A stretch of 31,474 bases of DNA from Elainellaceae cyanobacterium (GTDB lineage: Bacteria > Cyanobacteriota > Cyanobacteriia > CAZCXK01): contig JBNPEG010000203.1 of NCBI GenBank assembly GCA_051117555.1, positions 1 to 31,474 on the forward strand, read 5' to 3'. The first letter of the stretch is position 1. Each line of letters starts with the position of its first letter. Below are positions 8,933-17,905 of this stretch, in pieces. The translations under genes were made by a program, and so were the position numbers. Below the pieces are notes generated by a model, which was not told the origin of the DNA, did not search any database, and saw nothing but the letters and a program-made list of their open reading frames with translations.

Positions 8933-10411
8933 ATGGATCTTCGAGGCATAGAAACCCCACGTCTAGACTGGTCGGGAGACTGTCTAGCAATCGGATTATT
9001 TGAAGACGCAACCCAGTTAACAGGTGATTTAGATCAGCTTGATCAAAAACTGTCGGGTACTCTGTCTGAACTGATCGAAGAAACCGACTTCAAAGGACAG
9101 ACTGGCAGTAGCGCAGTCACCCGGGTAGGGGCAAACAGCCCGGTGCGGAAAATTGCGGTGGTTGGCTTAGGGAAGCCTGATCACCTCACGCTAGAAACCC
9201 TGCGAAAAGCGTCGGCTTCCGTGGCTCGGCTTGCCAAACGAGAAAGATGCAAAACGGTCGGCATCAGTCTGCCGGTGTGGAATGGGGATGCCGCCAAAAG
9301 TGTGCAGATGATGGCAGAAGGCATTGAACTAGCTCTGCATCAAGATACTCGATTCAAGTCAGACAGCGAAGAAAAAAATGATGGCATCCAGACAGTTGAT
9401 TTTCTTGGGTTTGGTGGGCAAGAGGAGGCCATCAGTCGAGCCCGAAAAATTAGTTTAGGGGTGATTTTAGCCCGTGAATTGGTATCTGCGCCTGCGAATG
9501 TAGTGACGCCCAGTGTCTTAGCAGAAGCGGCAGAGGCGATCGCCAACGAGTATGGGCTCGATCTCAAAATCCTGGAACGAGAGGAATGCGAAAAACTCGG
9601 GATGGGAGCTTTCTTAGGGGTTGCTCAAGCATCGGAATTGCCGCCCAAGTTTGTCCATCTGACCTATCGCCCCCAGGGCACACCTAGGCGCAAACTGGCG
9701 ATCGTTGGTAAGGGACTAACCTTCGACAGCGGCGGACTCAATTTAAAGCCCTCTGGTAGCGGAATTGAGATGATGAAAACCGATATGGGAGGTGCCGCTG
9801 CAACCTTTGGTGCTGCCAAGGCGATCGCTCAACTCAAGCCCGATGTGGAGGTGCACTTTATCAGTGCCGTTACGGAAAACATGGTGAGCGGTCGAGCCAT
9901 GCGCCCCGGCGACATTCTCACCGCATCCAATGGGAAGACCATCGAAGTCAACAATACCGACGCCGAGGGGCGGTTAACCTTAGCAGATGCGCTAGTATTT
10001 GCCGATAAGCTGGGCGTAGAGGCAATCGTTGATTTGGCGACCTTAACCGGAGCCTGTGTCGTGGCTCTAGGCAATGATATAGCGGGGCTCTGGAGCGAAG
10101 ACGATCACCTCGCAAGCCAGTTGCTTGAGTCGGCTGAGATCGCTGGCGAAAAGTTTTGGCGCATGCCCATGGAAGAAAAATATTTTGAGGGCATGAAGTC
10201 TGTGGTTGCCGATATGAAAAATACAGGCCCTCGCCCTGGCGGAGCAATTACGGCGGCTTTGTTCTTAAAGCAGTTTGTGAAAAACACGCCCTGGGCGCAT
10301 CTCGATGTGGCAGGTCCGGTGTGGACGGAAAAAGAAGATGTCTATAACAGCCCCGGCGGTACTGGGTTTGCGGTACGTACGTTAGTAAATTGGGTCTTGA
10401 AAGACGCATGA
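8933..10411 (+). CDS. pepA: Leucyl aminopeptidase (M17)
   Basis: [36 protein letters not shown]. The ATG at 8933 is preferred over the GTG at 8903. Confidence 0.96.
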   Translation: MDLRGIETPRLDWSGDCLAIGLFEDATQLTGDLDQLDQKLSGTLSELIEETDFKGQTGSSAVTRVGANSPVRKIAVVGLGKPDHLTLETLRKASASVARLAKRERCKTVGISLPVWNGDAAKSVQMMAEGIELALHQDTRFKSDSEEKNDGIQTVDFLGFGGQEEAISRARKISLGVILARELVSAPANVVTPSVLAEAAEAIANEYGLDLKILEREECEKLGMGAFLGVAQASELPPKFVHLTYRPQGTPRRKLAIVGKGLTFDSGGLNLKPSGSGIEMMKTDMGGAAATFGAAKAIAQLKPDVEVHFISAVTENMVSGRAMRPGDILTASNGKTIEVNNTDAEGRLTLADALVFADKLGVEAIVDLATLTGACVVALGNDIAGLWSEDDHLASQLLESAEIAGEKFWRMPMEEKYFEGMKSVVADMKNTGPRPGGAITAALFLKQFVKNTPWAHLDVAGPVWTEKEDVYNSPGGTGFAVRTLVNWVLKDA

Positions 10412-10414
10412 TTC

Positions 10415-10477
10415 GGGGGACATAACCGCTCATCGGATATCGGGGTGCTCAACGTGCGATGAGTTGGTTTGTCTCCC
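10415..10477. other. Long imperfect hairpin immediately after the pepA stop
   Basis: GGGGACATAACCGCTCATCG pairs with CGATGAGTTGGTTTGTCTCC; it lies between convergent genes and has no clear U-tract. Confidence 0.5.
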
Positions 10478-10523
10478 TAGATTGAAGGGGCTTTGGCGTC
10501 TTGTTAAGTCATTGGTATCAAGC

Positions 10524-10547
10524 CTAATCATTCAATAGCAGTTTCAC
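10524..10547 (-). pseudogene. Stub of a DUF5615/PIN toxin (MKLLLND*)
   Basis: GTG overlaps the DUF433 stop (GTGA) and reads GTG AAA CTG CTA TTG AAT GAT TAG, like the MKLLxDxN start of the usual partner toxin. Confidence 0.55.
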
Positions 10548-10768
10548 AGCGATGCCACAAACAGGGTTTTCTCACGGTCGGCAGCATAAGCAATGCAGGC
10601 TTTTAAATCCTCTCGCGTCAAATCGGGGAAATCGTCAAGAATTTCTGCTTCGGTCATCTCCGAAGCTAGGTACTCAAGCACTTCATAAACCGTAATTCTT
10701 AAACCACGCACACAAGGCTTTCCACCGCGTTTATTGGGTTCAATTGTGATGAAGTTTCGATAGTTCAT
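10544..10768 (-). CDS. DUF433-family putative antitoxin
   Basis: ITIEPNKRGGKPCVRGLRITVYEVLEYL...EILDDFPDLTREDLKACIAYAA; ATG at 10768. Confidence 0.92.
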   Translation of the reverse strand: MNYRNFITIEPNKRGGKPCVRGLRITVYEVLEYLASEMTEAEILDDFPDLTREDLKACIAYAADREKTLFVASL

Positions 10769-10880
10769 AATTGAACCCAATAAACGCCAACAGACAGTTT
10801 TCAGGCTACCGTCCTAACCATAAACCCAGGAAACTTTAGAGAATGACATACTCCGCACACGCACGCATGCAGTCCTGCAT

Positions 10881-11486
10881 ATGAACGTTCAAATTGAATC
10901 AGCGCGTCTTGCTCGGCAAATCCAATTTGTGATTGAAATTGACAAGCTAAAAGGCGTCTTGCGCCAAACCCTGTTGACCGATTCGTCTCGACGAGAAAAC
11001 AGCGCCGAACATTCGTGGCATTTGGCGATGATGGCGATCGCCCTCTGTGAATATTCGCCCGTCCCCGTTGATACGCTCCGGGTTATCAAGCTGCTGCTGA
11101 TTCACGATCTGGTTGAAATCGATGCGGGCGACACCTTCTGCTACGACGCTCACGGCAACCAAGACAAAGCGGATCGCGAAATTGCGGCTGCCGATCGCCT
11201 GTTTGGACTGCTTCCAGTTGAACAAGGCACTGAGCTTCGAAAACTCTGGGACGAATTTGAAGCGAAGATCACGCCAGAAGCTCGGTTTGCCCGTGCGCTC
11301 GATTGTTTACAACCCCTCTTACACAACTGGCAAACGGATGGCGGCACTTGGAGAATTCACGCGATTACCCGCTCTCAGGTGCTCGGTCGGATGCAGCCTG
11401 TGAAAGATGTGTCGCCCGAACTGTGGTCGCTGGTCGAAACGATTTTGACTGAGGCGATCGCCGCAGGGCATTTGCGCACCGAATAG
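10881..11486 (+). CDS. HD-domain phosphohydrolase (HD_3/HDDC2-like)
   Basis: EIDKLK..LRQT, RENSAEHSWH, HDLVEIDAGD, EARFARALD. Confidence 0.9.
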   Translation: MNVQIESARLARQIQFVIEIDKLKGVLRQTLLTDSSRRENSAEHSWHLAMMAIALCEYSPVPVDTLRVIKLLLIHDLVEIDAGDTFCYDAHGNQDKADREIAAADRLFGLLPVEQGTELRKLWDEFEAKITPEARFARALDCLQPLLHNWQTDGGTWRIHAITRSQVLGRMQPVKDVSPELWSLVETILTEAIAAGHLRTE

Positions 11487-11507
11487 AAACGTGTTGCAGA
11501 AATAGGG

Positions 11508-12131
11508 CTACCCTCTCACTTGGCGAATCATCCATAGCGAGGTCACATTGCTGACGAAGTGCGCCGCAATCAAGTTAGTGTTGATCAGAGGAACCAAAAT
11601 ATCAAGAACCCGAATAATTTTGTCAGGAGTATAGACAGCAGCGCCTTGAGGTTGCGAGAAAGACTTGGCTAATAAGATGCCTAGCCCTGTTTCTGCACCT
11701 ACCAAGCTCACAAGCAGACCAATCAGGCTAGCAATCAGCCCAACTACTAAGACGCGGACAATCGCTCTCTTGTCGGGATACTCTTCTGGAGGTTGGCGGC
11801 GAAACTGTCGCGCAAAGCGAGTGCAACGGAATGAAGTCACCAATGTAAACAGCAGTATGATAATGCCGCATACGGCCAAAAACAACGAAAAGCCAGTTGT
11901 TGGAGTTTGAGAATTATCTTCGATATTGCGGCTAAATAGAGCAACGATCAAAATCACGCCAGACACGAGGGCGATCGCAAACTGCACCCAAAAACTTGTC
12001 CATCCAGCCACGCGCAATGCCGAGGCAGCCCGCTGAATCTCTGGCATGGGCGGCGACTGAGACAATTGTGATGACGGCGGTGATGGAGGTTGTGAGGGGG
12101 AAGGTTGGGTGGAAACAGTTTGGTCAGACAT
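11508..12131 (-). CDS. DUF3611-family membrane protein (TIC21-like)
   Basis: GWTSFWVQ, LAKSFSQPQG, IIRVLDI..NTNLIAAHF; four hydrophobic segments. Likely start is the ATG at 12131. Confidence 0.8.
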   Translation of the reverse strand: MSDQTVSTQPSPSQPPSPPSSQLSQSPPMPEIQRAASALRVAGWTSFWVQFAIALVSGVILIVALFSRNIEDNSQTPTTGFSLFLAVCGIIILLFTLVTSFRCTRFARQFRRQPPEEYPDKRAIVRVLVVGLIASLIGLLVSLVGAETGLGILLAKSFSQPQGAAVYTPDKIIRVLDILVPLINTNLIAAHFVSNVTSLWMIRQVRG

Positions 12132-12351
12132 GAAGGCTCCCGCTTTATAGCAAACTAGACGAATCGCTTCAATGACATGGCATGGGTGAAATACATCGTC
12201 GATTAACGATGTGCGCCTATTAAAGCGGCATGGAGTGAAGATGCATTCGCCGTTGCGCAGATTACTGCGATCACTTCTACATTCCCTCAAATGATCCTAC
12301 GATCGCATGTACCGCAGGATGGAAATTCTAGGAACTATCAAGAATGAGACA

Positions 12352-15300
12352 TTATGCTTCGGTTTCGTCCACACTTGTAACGAGCACTTCTCCTTTTAAC
12401 ATGCGTTGAGCTGCATCGAGCAGCGCCTCTTCTAGATAGGGCTTGGTGAAGTAGCCTTTCGCGCCAAGCTGAACTGCCATTTGACGGTGGCGATCGGCAC
12501 CGCGCGAAGTCAGCATCGCAACGGGGAGTGGTTTAAGATTAGGATCTTTCTGAATCCGCGATAAGAGTTCTAGGCCATCCATTCGTGGCATCTCAATATC
12601 GCAGAATACGAGCTGACAGGGCAACCCAGACCGGAGTTTCTCCCACGCTTCTTGCCCGTCACGAGCCTGTTCGACGCGATACCCTACTTTACTAAAGGTC
12701 ATCGATAATAGTTCACGCACCGTAATCGAGTCGTCAACAATCAGCACCGTCGGTTCGCTCTTCGCGGGCGGCATCTCAGCCGGTGGTTGGGCGCTATCTC
12801 GCTCCCATAGAGAACTACCGGCTTCACGACGAATTCGCCCCAGGGATAGATCGATGAGCTCCAAAACGTCAGCAATCGGCATGATACGACCGTCACCGAG
12901 CACGGTTGCTCCGGCAATGCCGATCGGCTTAGGCACCGGGGGTTCAAGCTGCTTGATGACAATCTCTTGCTCCCCTAAAACTTGATCCACCTGTAATGCC
13001 AAGAAATTGCCAGCACTTCTCAACACAACCACAGAAACAATATCTTCTTCTTGATTGCCGCCGTAAACGCTACCTCGCCCTAACGTCCGGTTATATCGCA
13101 ACAAATCAGAAAGTGGATTAAAGGGGAGCAGAATATCTCGCCACAGAATACAAGAACGTCCCTGATCGTCCGTTTGAATGCGATCTTGAGGAACATCGAG
13201 CATATCCTCTACCCCATCCATGGGGAAGGCGATCCGGGCACGATTGCTGACACACAGCAGCGCTTTAGAAATGCTCAGCGTGAGTGGCAGACGAATCGTA
13301 AATGTTGTCCCTTTGCCAACTGCGGAATCAATATTAATAACGCCTCGAATCTCATTTAAGCTCGTGCGAACTACATCCATGCCAACGCCGCGTCCGGAGA
13401 AGTCATCGGCTTTATCCTTCGTGCTAAATCCGTGATGGAATAACAGATCATAAATATCCAGTCGAGACATGGATTTAACGTCGTCAGGCGTAATTAACCC
13501 GCGTTCGACTGCCTTTTGACTGACCTTTTCTGGATTGATTCCGGCACCGTCGTCAGTTACGGAAATCACCGTTTGGTTTCCTTGGTGAAATGTCCGAACG
13601 GTAATCCGTCCGATGGGTGGCTTACCCGCACTAATCCGCTCGTGGGGGGGTTCGATGCCATGCGTGATGGCGTTATTAACCAAGTGCGTCATTGGATCAT
13701 AGAGCTGTTCTAAAATCATCTTATCGATGAGGGTTTCACGCCCTTCGATCATCAATTCAGCTTGTTTGCCACACTTGATAGAAATATCTCGAACTGCTCG
13801 TGGAAGACGATCAGCCGCCTGTGCAAAGGGCACCATCCGCGATCGCGTCAGACCTTCTTGCAACTGCGTGGTGACTTGGCGAAACATTCGAGTAATCTGA
13901 TCGCTTTCATCCACGACAAAGTCGATATCAGATGCTGATTCGCGCACGCGTACGATCAGCTCGATCATTTCTTGAGAGAGCGTATGGAACCCGGTAAATC
14001 GATCCATCTCGAGAGCATCAAAACTTGCCCCTGTCGAATGGATAGCGCTGCTCGGAGAACTAGAACTTTGAGAAATTTGATAGTTTCTGCGGCTGGAGAG
14101 GAGAGAGCTTTCGAGGAGCGATCGCTCGTATAAGTCTCTCATGCGTTGACCGACATCACCAAGTTGTTGCACCTGATACAGCAAATTATCTAGAAACTGC
14201 CGGAGTCGTTCTTGAGTTTGCTCAAGACTGTTTCGATTGACAACGAGTTCACCAACTAAGTTATTGAGATTGTCGAGATGTTTGACCGAAACTCTCATGG
14301 TTTGATCGGTCAACATCCCTCGTCGCCCGGTTCGACGCGCAGTTGCAGGGGATGTACGTCGAGCTGTAATACTCGTCGGAGGCCCTCCCAATGTCTGATC
14401 GGCATCTGCCAGAAGCCTTTCGAGATCGTCAAAATCGTCAATCGAATTCATCAAGGACGGCATCAAATCAGCCTCGGCATTCGAGGCAGGATTCTCAAAA
14501 TTTTCTGAACTGTCACCTCCGCTAAACGGAAGCTCGTCCTCTAAGAGGGCTTCTAGATCTGCAAAGTCATCGTCAGACTCTGGGTCTGCTTCATCCTCCG
14601 TGGGATAAACATCAAAAAAGCTGATGTCAGTGGGTGCCTGAGCGTCTACACGGTCGTCTTCGTCACCGAATCCTATTTCGGCATCGAGGTCTTCCCCGTG
14701 AGACGAGACGTCCTGCTGGGTCAAGTCACTGGTGCCTGAACTTGTATCTAAACCAGTGTCTAACTCTGCGGCCTGTTCATCAAAGAATGCGTCTAAATCT
14801 GAAACGTCGCGATCGGAATCACTATCGTCAGGAACCGTTGATAGTAAGGTATCCAGATCATCGGCAGCGGCATCGAGAGAGTCAGCGTCTTCAGGCTGTT
14901 CTGCATCAATCGACTCAGGTGCAAACGATACCTCGTCCAAATTAAATGAATCAACCGTATCGCCTGTGGCATCCAAATCTGATTCTGCGATCGCCTCATC
15001 AGACTCTGATATATTTTCGAGATCTGGATCGAAATCTAAGGCAAGTGCATCCTGATCATCAAACAGATTGTCAGCCAGATTTAAATCTTCAAAATCACTT
15101 GAGCGAGCCACGTCCGATGTATCTGAACTAAACAGATCGTCTAGGTCTATGTCTTCAGAGGATGAGTCGGACGGATGATCCGCACTCACTTCGGTATCTG
15201 ACGTTGCTTCAGTTTCACCGAAGAGATTGGCAAATTCGTCATCGGAGGAGTCATCTGACTCAAAGGATATGCGGTCGTCTGAGAGGTCGAGCCCATCTAA

Positions 15301-17709
15301 ATCAAATTCGTGGGTGACATCACGATCCGATGCGATCGCAGAATCCGACCCCTCTCCACTGCTTTCTTCACTGCCTTCTTCATCCGTTTCAACGCTCCTC
15401 GCCTCGGTTTCTAACACCGCGGGCTCACTACCAAGTTCATCTGCGGGGTCGACTGGTCCCGCCATGCTTGTATCAACGGAGTCGGTGCCAGATTCCCAAA
15501 ATTCACTCGGCTCGTTATTGTCTGGATTAGGGTCTTCCTCGACGCGATCGCCCCACAGATCGGATGTCAGATCGGTGTCGCTATCATCGGCTGGCTCCCC
15601 AGTATCTGAATCTGAAGGAGCAAGCGCCTCTTCAGTGGCGATCGCGTCAAACGGATTTTCAATATCGGCAGCATCATCTGAAAGCGGTGATTCGAAATCG
15701 AGAGCCATCTCAGACTCAAGTAAATCTGCATCTAATTCGGGATTAGGGTCTTCGACTGGAGATACAGCGTCATCGGTCGTGTCTAAAATATCCCAATCAC
15801 TCGAATCTAATTCAGATAAATCGAGGCTGTCTGCTTCGCTCGACGGCAAATCGAATGATTCTGAGGGAGAGACGTCAGTATCGTCAGAGATCTCATTAAA
15901 TAATGCATCTAGGTCATCTAACTCAGCACTTGAGGTAGAGTCATCATTGAATGAAGTATTAGCATCGAGTTCGTCAGCGTCGAGTTCGTCAGCGTCGAGT
16001 TCGTCAAAAAATTCACCTAGATTGTCAAAGTCGGTATTGAACTCATCTGCTGACTCTGCCGATTCTGGCTGGCCTTCATGGTCGAGGCGAGACATCTGCC
16101 CGCTTGGAGGGTTTGATGCATCGAGTTGCTCAGAGTCTGATCCTTCTAAGACAGAGTCTAGCGAGTCTGCTAATTCATCGAGTGCGGCCAGATCGATGAG
16201 GTCTTCAGACGTATCATGGGAGTCGCTTGATTCAAGCTCTGAACGATCGAGCAGATCTGAAACATCACCGTCGCCAGAAACGTCTGCCGGATTGGATGGA
16301 TCACTCTCATCCTCGTCCCCATCAAAGAGCAGATCAGAGAAATCATTAGATTCATCAAACTCGAGAGAATCAGACAAGCCATCTGAAAATCGACTGGTCG
16401 ACTCGTCGTCCTGCCAGGTCATCTCTAGTTCAGGAACTTCATTCTCAAACAAATCTGCCAGACTGTTGAGCTCAGCCATCCCGACTTCGGGACCATTTGG
16501 GTTAATGGGATGAGATGCATCCAGATAGTCTGACTGGTCGGTTGACGAAATCGCAGTCGCCTCAGTCGCCTCAGTCCCAGACGATGAGGATTCATCAGGG
16601 TCGGAATTTAGTTCGTTGAATAAATCACTGCCCTCAGCGCTACCATCATCGGGAGGGGCGCTGGCCTCCGTGAACCAGTCATCCTCCTCCAAGGCAGGTA
16701 ACGATTCAGCGGCGAGATTAAAGTCGTCTGAATCCGATAGATCGATTGAGGCGAAGTCAAGGTCTGAAACGTCAGACGCATCGCTCGCTGACTCAACGCC
16801 TGCATCAGCCATCAGTGCATCAATATCAAACTCGTCAATCTCATCATCTAACATGGGCTCGGCAACTGGAGCTAGCTCCATTAGCGCATCACTTGCTCTA
16901 ATGTCGTCAGCTCGGTCAGCTAGAACACGTTCTTGGGCTTGCTTTAAATCTTTAATGACAATGGGTGCAAGCGTGCGGAAAGTATTGTCGGGATGGGCGA
17001 TCGCCCGTTGTGTCGTATCGATTAAGCTGCTCCACTCTGGCAGGTCAAAGTTGTCCCCTGCCTGCTTCAAGCGTTGGCACATTGAATCTAGAGTTTGACG
17101 CCCTGCAGGGTGTTCAGCATTTTTGAAGACCTGCAACATTTCGCGGAGCGTAATCGGCACCTCATTTTGGAAGAAATGCTGTAATGAATTCTCTCGGCTG
17201 GATGACGCGGTTGCGGCTACAGACTCAGCAGACGCGACGGCATGACGAGTACTCAGGTCAACATCCGCCGGAGGACTGACCCCAGCTTTTTCGACAAGCC
17301 CGCTGAGATGTTGGTTTAGCTCATCAAAAACTGGCTCTACCTCTTCTACCATCTCGCGCGCTTTGTCCGCAGGCAAACCGAACGGTCCCTGTAGCTGCTC
17401 TAGAAGATCTTGTAGAGTATCAAATACCCGAAGTAGAAGCGTTTCGAGCTTTTGGTCCACTTGAATTGGACATTCTTTTAAGACTTTGAAGTAGTCTTCT
17501 AATCGGTGAGAGGTCTTCTGAATGCTATCAAGCCCCAGCATTGCAGCCCCGCCCTTGACAGAATGAGCAGCACGGAAAACCTCACTGGCCATTTCTGAGT
17601 CACCAATGGTGCTTTGCAGGTTCAGCAATCCTTGCTCAATTGTATTGAGGTGGTCTTTAGCCTCCTCAATAAAGTAGCCCATTATCCGCTGTTGTTGTTC
17701 TGACTGCAT
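12352..17709 (-). CDS. pilL: CheA-like hybrid histidine kinase (PilL/HmpE): Hpt, acidic linker, dimerisation, HATPase, CheW, receiver
   Basis: FRAAHSVKGGA (Hpt), HLVNNAITHGIE, DDGAGI, GFST..SGRGVGMDVV, GKGTTFTIRLPLT, C-terminal receiver (VDDS, CDIEMPRMDG). Start is the ATG at 17709. Confidence 0.93.
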   Translation of the reverse strand: MQSEQQQRIMGYFIEEAKDHLNTIEQGLLNLQSTIGDSEMASEVFRAAHSVKGGAAMLGLDSIQKTSHRLEDYFKVLKECPIQVDQKLETLLLRVFDTLQDLLEQLQGPFGLPADKAREMVEEVEPVFDELNQHLSGLVEKAGVSPPADVDLSTRHAVASAESVAATASSSRENSLQHFFQNEVPITLREMLQVFKNAEHPAGRQTLDSMCQRLKQAGDNFDLPEWSSLIDTTQRAIAHPDNTFRTLAPIVIKDLKQAQERVLADRADDIRASDALMELAPVAEPMLDDEIDEFDIDALMADAGVESASDASDVSDLDFASIDLSDSDDFNLAAESLPALEEDDWFTEASAPPDDGSAEGSDLFNELNSDPDESSSSGTEATEATAISSTDQSDYLDASHPINPNGPEVGMAELNSLADLFENEVPELEMTWQDDESTSRFSDGLSDSLEFDESNDFSDLLFDGDEDESDPSNPADVSGDGDVSDLLDRSELESSDSHDTSEDLIDLAALDELADSLDSVLEGSDSEQLDASNPPSGQMSRLDHEGQPESAESADEFNTDFDNLGEFFDELDADELDADELDANTSFNDDSTSSAELDDLDALFNEISDDTDVSPSESFDLPSSEADSLDLSELDSSDWDILDTTDDAVSPVEDPNPELDADLLESEMALDFESPLSDDAADIENPFDAIATEEALAPSDSDTGEPADDSDTDLTSDLWGDRVEEDPNPDNNEPSEFWESGTDSVDTSMAGPVDPADELGSEPAVLETEARSVETDEEGSEESSGEGSDSAIASDRDVTHEFDLDGLDLSDDRISFESDDSSDDEFANLFGETEATSDTEVSADHPSDSSSEDIDLDDLFSSDTSDVARSSDFEDLNLADNLFDDQDALALDFDPDLENISESDEAIAESDLDATGDTVDSFNLDEVSFAPESIDAEQPEDADSLDAAADDLDTLLSTVPDDSDSDRDVSDLDAFFDEQAAELDTGLDTSSGTSDLTQQDVSSHGEDLDAEIGFGDEDDRVDAQAPTDISFFDVYPTEDEADPESDDDFADLEALLEDELPFSGGDSSENFENPASNAEADLMPSLMNSIDDFDDLERLLADADQTLGGPPTSITARRTSPATARRTGRRGMLTDQTMRVSVKHLDNLNNLVGELVVNRNSLEQTQERLRQFLDNLLYQVQQLGDVGQRMRDLYERSLLESSLLSSRRNYQISQSSSSPSSAIHSTGASFDALEMDRFTGFHTLSQEMIELIVRVRESASDIDFVVDESDQITRMFRQVTTQLQEGLTRSRMVPFAQAADRLPRAVRDISIKCGKQAELMIEGRETLIDKMILEQLYDPMTHLVNNAITHGIEPPHERISAGKPPIGRITVRTFHQGNQTVISVTDDGAGINPEKVSQKAVERGLITPDDVKSMSRLDIYDLLFHHGFSTKDKADDFSGRGVGMDVVRTSLNEIRGVINIDSAVGKGTTFTIRLPLTLSISKALLCVSNRARIAFPMDGVEDMLDVPQDRIQTDDQGRSCILWRDILLPFNPLSDLLRYNRTLGRGSVYGGNQEEDIVSVVVLRSAGNFLALQVDQVLGEQEIVIKQLEPPVPKPIGIAGATVLGDGRIMPIADVLELIDLSLGRIRREAGSSLWERDSAQPPAEMPPAKSEPTVLIVDDSITVRELLSMTFSKVGYRVEQARDGQEAWEKLRSGLPCQLVFCDIEMPRMDGLELLSRIQKDPNLKPLPVAMLTSRGADRHRQMAVQLGAKGYFTKPYLEEALLDAAQRMLKGEVLVTSVDETEA
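15961..16005. repeat. 15-bp in-frame tandem repeat x3 encoding DELDA in the PilL linker
   Basis: AGCRTCGAGTTCGTC at 15961, 15976 and 15991. Confidence 0.9.
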
Positions 17710-17905
17710 CGCGGTACCCCTTCTGCATACTGCGGGCGATTCGCCCATCTACTATAACGCTCATGAAACCTTTAAGAACTGAACCTGCGATCGCGAGTAG
17801 AGCAGGGTCATCATTAAACGACTGAGGTGCTAACCGTGGAAATCATCATCATCTATTCTGGCAAAATCCTCCTGATTGATCGTGACATTCAGAAACCATA
17901 ACGAG

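Noticed and set aside
12132..12290. Cys-rich N-terminal extension of the DUF3611 protein
   Set aside because: Non-ATG start and non-protein-like sequence; the ATG at 12131 has a GGGAG RBS.
15227..16513. 428-aa Ser-rich ORF on the plus strand (and similar ones at 14732, 16616 and 19473)
   Set aside because: Antisense shadow of the Asp/Glu-rich pilL and pilJ linkers: GAY/GAR-rich codons give Ser-rich, stop-poor reverse frames. No independent evidence of coding.
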